Positions 59,191 to 64,000 of a stretch of DNA of 64,000 nt are shown here, one piece after another. The DNA lies in assembly GCA_944376605.1 (NCBI GenBank), contig CALWDE010000012.1, positions 4,360-68,359 on the forward strand, read 5' to 3'. The stretch comes from an uncultured Bacilli bacterium. Lineage in GTDB: Bacteria > Bacillota_I > Bacilli_A > RFN20 > CAG-826. The position numbers and the translations under genes were made by a program. Position 1 is the stretch's first letter; every line of letters starts with the position of its first letter. Below the pieces are notes generated by a model. The model saw only the letters and a list, made by a program, of their open reading frames with translations. It ran no database searches and was not told the DNA's origin.

Positions 59191-59745
59191 ATGGCAGAAA
59201 ATATCGCAGACAATCAGTGGTATGTCGTTACCACTTATGCTCAGCACGAAGCAAAAACCAAAGAAAATTTGGAGAAGCGTCGTGTGAACATGAAAATGGA
59301 AGATGAAATTAAAAGAATTCTTATCTGTGAACAAGAAGTCCCAGTTCTAAAAGATGGTCTTCCAACAGGAAAAACAAAGAAAGTCAATTTGTATCCTGGT
59401 TATCTCTTCATTGAAATGAAGATGACTGATAACGCTTGGTTTGTTGTTCGTAACACTCCTGGCGTTACTGGTATTGCTGGCTCTTCGGGAGGCGGTCAAA
59501 AACCGACCCCTGTCCCGAGAGAGCAAATTGAACCAGTCTTAAAGAGAATGGGTATTGTGGATGAAAGCATGTATACCCGTTATCAAGAAGGCTTAAAGGT
59601 CAAGATTATCTCTGGACCATTAGAAGGAACAGAAGGTACGATTGTCTCTATCGATAAGGAACACGGAATGGTCCGTGTGAACACAGTCTTCTTTGGAAGA
59701 GTGACTCCTGTCGACTTAGACTTCTCGGAAATTGATTTAATTTAA
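59191..59745 (+). CDS. nusG: transcription termination/antitermination factor NusG
   Basis: ATG 59191. NQWYVVTTYAQHE NGN domain, KOW domain KVKIISGPLEGTEGTIVSID. Track start 59167 is an upstream in-frame ATG inside secE. Confidence 0.85.
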   Translation: MAENIADNQWYVVTTYAQHEAKTKENLEKRRVNMKMEDEIKRILICEQEVPVLKDGLPTGKTKKVNLYPGYLFIEMKMTDNAWFVVRNTPGVTGIAGSSGGGQKPTPVPREQIEPVLKRMGIVDESMYTRYQEGLKVKIISGPLEGTEGTIVSIDKEHGMVRVNTVFFGRVTPVDLDFSEIDLI

Positions 59746-59748
59746 GGA

Positions 59749-59775
59749 AGGAGGGTAAAACCTCCTTTTTTCTTT
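59749..59775 (+). terminator. rho-independent terminator after nusG
   Basis: AGGAGG-gtaaaa-CCTCCT + TTTTTC. Confidence 0.75.
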
Positions 59776-60141
59776 CTTTTTTGTAGAAGAAAAGGCAGTC
59801 ATCAATTACATCAACAATGGAACTCCGTTTACTTTTAAGGAAGAAGAACATAGATATTGTGGCGAATATGATAGCGGAGATAAGAACGCAAAAGTTTATT
59901 TAACTCCCAAAGGAGATGGAGGAATTGAGGTAGAGACTCCTCTTTTTAAGGAGGAGGCGATTAAGATTGGTCACTACGCGGAGCCAGTTCCTATTTTTGC
60001 AGCGGATGTTCCTTCATTTTGGTGCATAAAAACAGCATCTTTATAAAGTGAATAATATGGAAAAAATTAACATAATTATCTTTTTTTGTATACTTAAGGT
60101 GACGAATAGATGTTAAGTAAGCATCAAGAAGAGGAAAAGTT

Positions 60142-60723
60142 ATGAGAAATAAAACTTTATTACTATTCCCGTCTCTCATCTCACTTGTCTCGTGCGGAGC
60201 TGGTATCAACAGTTCTTCTTTCTTAAGTAGCAGCAGCGATACCAGCTTAAGCGAATCGATTGTAGGAAGATGCTTTCGCACCTCTTACTTTTCTTTTTGG
60301 GAAGAGATGAACACTTATCTCTCTGACATAGAAAACGAGACAAAAGAAACTTTTTCTCCATATATTTCAGATCCAGTTAGGGACGAAATTCCTTCTTTTA
60401 AAGCCCCTCAGTTTGGGGTCACAACTGATGGTGAATACACAAAAACAAAAGAATATTCCTTAGGAGAATATCCTTTAGACCCTGCAGAGGGAATAAGTTC
60501 TATTTCGATTCGTTATCAGCATATAGAGGATGATTTTGAAATTAATGTCATTATTCGAGAAGAATCTTCCTTTTCTAAAATGAGCCCTCTCTATTTCACT
60601 TATTCTGAAGAAAGAGAGGATTTAGCATCTTTAGTTGCACCTTTAGAAGAGAAATGGAGAACAAAGTTAGGAGAAGACTATTCTTTCTCTTGGACCGCTC
60701 TTGTGCCAGCTTATCACTTGTAA
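60142..60723 (+). CDS. lipoprotein, function unknown
   Basis: Lipobox LISLVSCGAG. RBS AGAGGAAAAG. Confidence 0.6.
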   Translation: MRNKTLLLFPSLISLVSCGAGINSSSFLSSSSDTSLSESIVGRCFRTSYFSFWEEMNTYLSDIENETKETFSPYISDPVRDEIPSFKAPQFGVTTDGEYTKTKEYSLGEYPLDPAEGISSISIRYQHIEDDFEINVIIREESSFSKMSPLYFTYSEEREDLASLVAPLEEKWRTKLGEDYSFSWTALVPAYHL

Positions 60724-60737
60724 CTCAATCTTTTAAA

Positions 60738-60780
60738 TATGAATTAATATTCATACTTGATAAATGAAACTCTGTTCATA
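60738..60780. promoter_or_regulatory. ArsR/SmtB-type operator: inverted repeat TATGAAT-taat-ATTCATA, second imperfect repeat AATGAA-n6-TTCATA, overlapping -10 TATAAT
   Basis: Resembles CzrA/SmtB 12-2-12 operators (…ATATGAACAAATATTCA…). Sits directly upstream of the arsR-like gene. Confidence 0.6.
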
Positions 60781-60810
60781 TAATCTAGATAGATATGAAG
60801 GGAGATTCAT

Positions 60811-61104
60811 ATGTCAAATATTCCGTCTGAGAAAATCATTGATGCAATGGAGAACTTGTTAAATATTGCATCAGACTCTACTAGGCTTAAGATTCTTTAT
60901 TCCATCTCGGGGGAGGAGAAGAATGTTTCTGAGATTGTGAAAGAGATAGGAGCCTCCCAGTCATTAGTCTCACATCAGCTTAAAGTTTTAAAGAAGGCAA
61001 AACTTGTTGCAACGCGTAGAGAAGGAAGAAAAATTTATTACCTTTTGGCGGATGAACACGTCGTTCATCTTTTAGATGTCGTGCATGCTCACGTGACGGA
61101 GTAG
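60811..61104 (+). CDS. ArsR/SmtB-family metalloregulator, Cys-free alpha-5-site type (CzrA-like Zn/Co sensor)
   Basis: wHTH RLKILYSISGEEKNVSEIVKEIGASQSLVSHQLKVLKKAKLV. C-terminal DEHVVHLLDVVHAHV resembles CzrA alpha5 D-x-H...H-x-x-H site. No Cys. Confidence 0.75.
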   Translation: MSNIPSEKIIDAMENLLNIASDSTRLKILYSISGEEKNVSEIVKEIGASQSLVSHQLKVLKKAKLVATRREGRKIYYLLADEHVVHLLDVVHAHVTE

Positions 61105-61107
61105 TTT

Positions 61108-63258
61108 ATGGAACATGCAGAGAAAACGTATCGTATTAGTGGCCTTGATTGCGCTTCTTGTGCTTTAAAAGCAGAAAAAGCACTGGAGAATTGCAAGGGT
61201 ATTGATTCATGTCATATCGATTATGCTGGTTCAAAAATTTATGTTACCGGGCTTTTATCCAAAGAAGAATGTGAAGCGGAAATCCGAAAAGTAGAAGAGG
61301 AAGTTCGTCTTTTTGATATGGAGGAAAACGCTGACTGGAAAAAAGAAAGAAGAAAGATGATTGTGGTTGCTTTGCGCGCCTTTATCTCTTTTCTTTTAGC
61401 AATACTTACTCAGTTTTTGTTACCGGTAGATCAATATGGTGTCGCACCATATTTATCACTTATGATTGCTGCTTGGCTTCTTTCTGGCTATGACTTACTT
61501 TACTTTGCAGGGAAGGCAATTTTCAAAGGGAAAGACATTTTCAATGAATCTTTTTTGATGTCTTTTGCTTCGATTGGTGCCTTTTTACTCCCTTTGCTAA
61601 ATCATGATTTTGATTCTTGTTTTGATGCTGTTCTTGTTGTTGTTCTTTATCAAATAGGAGAACTATTTAATGACTACGCGACAAGAAAATCGCATCAGGC
61701 AGTTGTCGATGCCTTATCGCTTAAAAAGGAAGTTGTCCATAGACGAGTAAATGGCATATATGAAGACATTCCTGCTTCGTCAGCAAAAAGAGGAGATTAT
61801 CTTCTTATTAAACTTGGAGAAAGCGTTCCAGTAGATGGCGTTATTAAAAAAGGCAAGGCGGAGATTGACTTATCTTCTTTAACAGGGGAGTTTGCCCCTA
61901 AATTTGTTGAGGCGGGAGATAAAGTCGTCTCTTCCGCAATTGTGAAAACAGGATACTTAGAGATTGAAGCAATAACAGGTTATCAAGATTCTACCTCAAG
62001 TAAACTTGTCGAACTTGTGGAAGGAGCAAGCCGGGAAAAGGGAAAAACCGAAAAACTGATTGACCGATTTGCACGTTATTACACGCCAATTGTGATTGCT
62101 CTTGCGGTAATTCTTGCTGTCATTCCTCCTCTATTTATTAATTACTCTAACGCAGAAGTTTGGGCAAACTGGGCTACTATTGCCTTGTCTCTTCTTGTAA
62201 TTTCATGTCCCTGCGCAATTGTTCTTTCGATTCCTCTTTGTTACTTCTCTGCCGTTGGATCAATGGGGAAAAACGGCATCCTTTTAAAGGGCACAGAATA
62301 TATTGATGTTTTAGCTTCTACTTCTTATTTAGTGAGCGATAAAACAGGCACTTTAACGGAAGGTAGATTTTCTTTAGAAGAGGTTTGTCCAAATGAAATA
62401 AGCAAAAAAGAATTATTAGAACTTATTGCTCTAGCAGAGCATCGTTCGAATCATCCCTTAGCGCAGCCATTTAAGCCCTATTTTGACTCTCTAAAGGAAA
62501 AAGAAATTAATTCTTATGAGGAGATTCCAGGAAAGGGAATTACTCTTTCTTATCAAAATAAGAAGCTTCTTGTGGGCGCTAAAAAGCTGCTTGAAGAAAA
62601 CGGAATTTTGGTTCCATCTGAAGTTGAGGGCACTTTGATTTATGCCTCTTATAATCAAAAATATATTGGTTATGTCACTTTAGTTGACTCTTATAAAGAT
62701 GGTAGCAAGAGCCTCTTCTCTTACTGTAATGAGAAAGGAATCCACACTCTATTACTTACTGGAGACCAAGAGAAAGCTGCTAAAAAAGCACAAAGTGACT
62801 TAGGAATTGATGAAGTTTATTCTCAGCTTTTACCAGAAGAAAAGACAAATATTATTCGCGAAAAAAAGAGTAAGTTATCCAAAAATAAGACGCTTTTGTA
62901 TGTAGGTGACGGGATTAATGACGCGGCAAGTTTAGCTTTGGCAGATTGCGGTGTTGCTATGGGTGCACTTGGTTCTGGACTTGCTATTGATGCCGCAGAT
63001 GTCTTACTGATGAACGACGACCCCTCCTCTATTGCAAAGGGGATATCCATTGCCAAAAAGACAAAATCTTTGGCGTATTTTATCTTAGCTTTCGCTTTAA
63101 TCATAAAATTCATCATTATGATTATTTCTTTTGTTCTTGGCTCTTCTTTCCCCTTATGGGTTGCAGTCTTTGGGGATACAGGATTAACCTTGATAACGAT
63201 TCTCTTATCTTTGATTCCTCTTACTTTTGCCAAAGGGAAGAGAAAGAAATTGAAATAA
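61108..63258 (+). CDS. heavy-metal (Zn/Cd/Co-type) P1B-ATPase
   Basis: HMA domain GLDCASCALKAE, TM CPC (SCPCAIV), DKTGTLT, HP (SNHPLAQ), GDGINDA. ATG 4 nt after the regulator's stop. Confidence 0.85.
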   Translation: MEHAEKTYRISGLDCASCALKAEKALENCKGIDSCHIDYAGSKIYVTGLLSKEECEAEIRKVEEEVRLFDMEENADWKKERRKMIVVALRAFISFLLAILTQFLLPVDQYGVAPYLSLMIAAWLLSGYDLLYFAGKAIFKGKDIFNESFLMSFASIGAFLLPLLNHDFDSCFDAVLVVVLYQIGELFNDYATRKSHQAVVDALSLKKEVVHRRVNGIYEDIPASSAKRGDYLLIKLGESVPVDGVIKKGKAEIDLSSLTGEFAPKFVEAGDKVVSSAIVKTGYLEIEAITGYQDSTSSKLVELVEGASREKGKTEKLIDRFARYYTPIVIALAVILAVIPPLFINYSNAEVWANWATIALSLLVISCPCAIVLSIPLCYFSAVGSMGKNGILLKGTEYIDVLASTSYLVSDKTGTLTEGRFSLEEVCPNEISKKELLELIALAEHRSNHPLAQPFKPYFDSLKEKEINSYEEIPGKGITLSYQNKKLLVGAKKLLEENGILVPSEVEGTLIYASYNQKYIGYVTLVDSYKDGSKSLFSYCNEKGIHTLLLTGDQEKAAKKAQSDLGIDEVYSQLLPEEKTNIIREKKSKLSKNKTLLYVGDGINDAASLALADCGVAMGALGSGLAIDAADVLLMNDDPSSIAKGISIAKKTKSLAYFILAFALIIKFIIMIISFVLGSSFPLWVAVFGDTGLTLITILLSLIPLTFAKGKRKKLK

Positions 63259-63275
63259 AAAACTCTCTTTCTAAT

Positions 63276-63345
63276 AACCTTGCATTTCTTGAATTAAAAT
63301 TCAGAAAATTTGAATTTATATAGGTTTTGCAAGGTTTTTAATTTT
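63276..63345 (+). terminator. long-stem terminator / nested palindromes at right edge of inserted island
   Basis: AACCTTGCA (63276-84) pairs with TGCAAGGTT (63328-36). Inner GAATT/AATTC repeat. Followed by TTTTTAATTTT. Confidence 0.45.
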
Positions 63346-63405
63346 GGCTTTAAAGAGCAAAAACGGGGTCAAATTTTTGGTTTTTAAAATTGCTAAAATT
63401 CCTTG

Positions 63406-63434
63406 TTGCGAAGGGGATTACAGATAAGTATAGT
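63406..63434 (+). promoter_or_regulatory. candidate rplKA promoter (-35 TTGCGA, 17 nt, -10 TATAGT) followed by leader hairpin GGGTCT-aggcga-AGACCC (possible L1 autoregulatory site)
   Basis: Read directly. Leader 63435-63512 is GC-rich. Confidence 0.4.
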
Positions 63435-63512
63435 TACGCTCGCACGCAAGTGCATTGCTAGGTGGGTGGGTCTAGGCGAAGACCCGAGAACCACAACCAA
63501 AAGGAGGAACCT

Positions 63513-63923
63513 ATGGCTAAAAAAATCACCAAGGTCCTAAAGATGGAACTTCCCGGTGGGGAAGCACGTCCCGGACCAAAACTTGCCTCTGCTGGTGTTG
63601 TCATGAATAAGTTCTGCACGGACTTCAACGCCAAGACGGCTGACCGTAAGGGAGAAATTGTCCCTGTCATCATCACTGCTTACGAAGACAAATCGTTTGA
63701 CTTTGTTATCAAAACCAGTCCTGTTGCTGGCCTTCTTCTTAAGGCTGCTGGCATCAAGAAGGGTTCTGGTAACCCCAAGCAAATTGTTGGTCACATTAGC
63801 GAGAAGCAACTCGAGGAAATCGCCGCCTACAAGCTTCCTGACTTAAATACAACCGACATTGAAGCGGCAAAACGTATTGTGGAGGGCTCCGCACGCCAAA
63901 TGGGCATCGCGGTGGATCGTTAA
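63513..63923 (+). CDS. rplK: 50S ribosomal protein L11
   Basis: MAKKITKVLKMELPGGEARPGPKLASAGV. ATG 63513 after AAGGAGG. Track start 63462 is an upstream alt codon. Confidence 0.9.
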   Translation: MAKKITKVLKMELPGGEARPGPKLASAGVVMNKFCTDFNAKTADRKGEIVPVIITAYEDKSFDFVIKTSPVAGLLLKAAGIKKGSGNPKQIVGHISEKQLEEIAAYKLPDLNTTDIEAAKRIVEGSARQMGIAVDR

Positions 63924-63924
63924 T

Positions 63925-64000
63925 ATGAAGCGCGGTAAGAAGTATCAAACAGTTCTCAAGGAATTTGATCCCAAGAAGATTTATTCCTTTGAAGAGGCTG
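63925..64000 (+). CDS. rplA: 50S ribosomal protein L1, N-terminal fragment (runs off window)
   Basis: MKRGKKYQTVLKEFDPKKIYSFEEA. Confidence 0.8.
   Translation, partial: MKRGKKYQTVLKEFDPKKIYSFEEA

Noticed and set aside
59759-60046. 96-codon open frame after the nusG terminator
   Set aside because: Contains no in-frame ATG, GTG or TTG. Possibly a decayed gene fragment at the island edge, so not called as CDS.
59991-60281. 96-aa minus-strand ORF
   Set aside because: Overlaps the start of the lipoprotein gene and its promoter. No RBS. Hydrophobic, low-complexity translation.

Overview
The window is a 64-kb stretch of AT-rich bacterial chromosome. Genes use the standard genetic code (TGG Trp; TGA/TAA/TAG stops) and are densely packed.

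Read 5' to 3', the supported content is:
- a partial class III anaerobic ribonucleotide reductase gene (nrdD), running off the window start;
- mscL, a gene fusing a tyrosine-phosphatase-like domain to a NUDIX domain, a RimK-like ATP-grasp ligase, nadE, a GtrA-like protein, an HI0933-type flavoprotein and prs;
- a queuosine salvage cluster, tgt-queA-queH;
- the complete S10-spc-alpha ribosomal protein superoperon (rpsJ to rplQ, with secY, adk, map, infA, rpmJ and rpoA), in which several r-proteins carry long charged extensions and rpmD (L30) is absent;
- a preQ1-I riboswitch in front of a YhhQ/DUF165-type queuosine-precursor transporter;
- an SDR oxidoreductase;
- a trimeric NADH-dependent [FeFe]-hydrogenase (NuoE-like, NuoF-like and HydA subunits);
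- a HAD phosphatase, cysS, mgtC and rlmB.

After rlmB comes a roughly 16-kb tightly coupled accessory locus:
- an alternative sigma-70-family factor;
- three TasA/camelysin-like secreted proteins carrying SipW-cognate-type signal peptides;
- an ER/archaeal-type (SipW-like) signal peptidase with a long acidic tail;
- a 960-aa secreted protein with the same signal type;
- a membrane-anchored McrB-family AAA+ protein with a zinc-ribbon partner;
- an ABC exporter;
- a 792-aa beta-helix secreted protein;
- a repeat-bearing lipoprotein.

This locus is bracketed by an 18-nt motif, AAAAWCCCTGCAAAAGTC, that recurs three times in intergenic DNA.

The window ends with rpmG-secE-nusG. A 3.6-kb island (a lipoprotein, a CzrA-like ArsR regulator and a Zn/Cd-type P-type ATPase with its operator) is inserted before rplK-rplA.

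No rRNA, tRNA, CRISPR array, transposase or integrase was seen.
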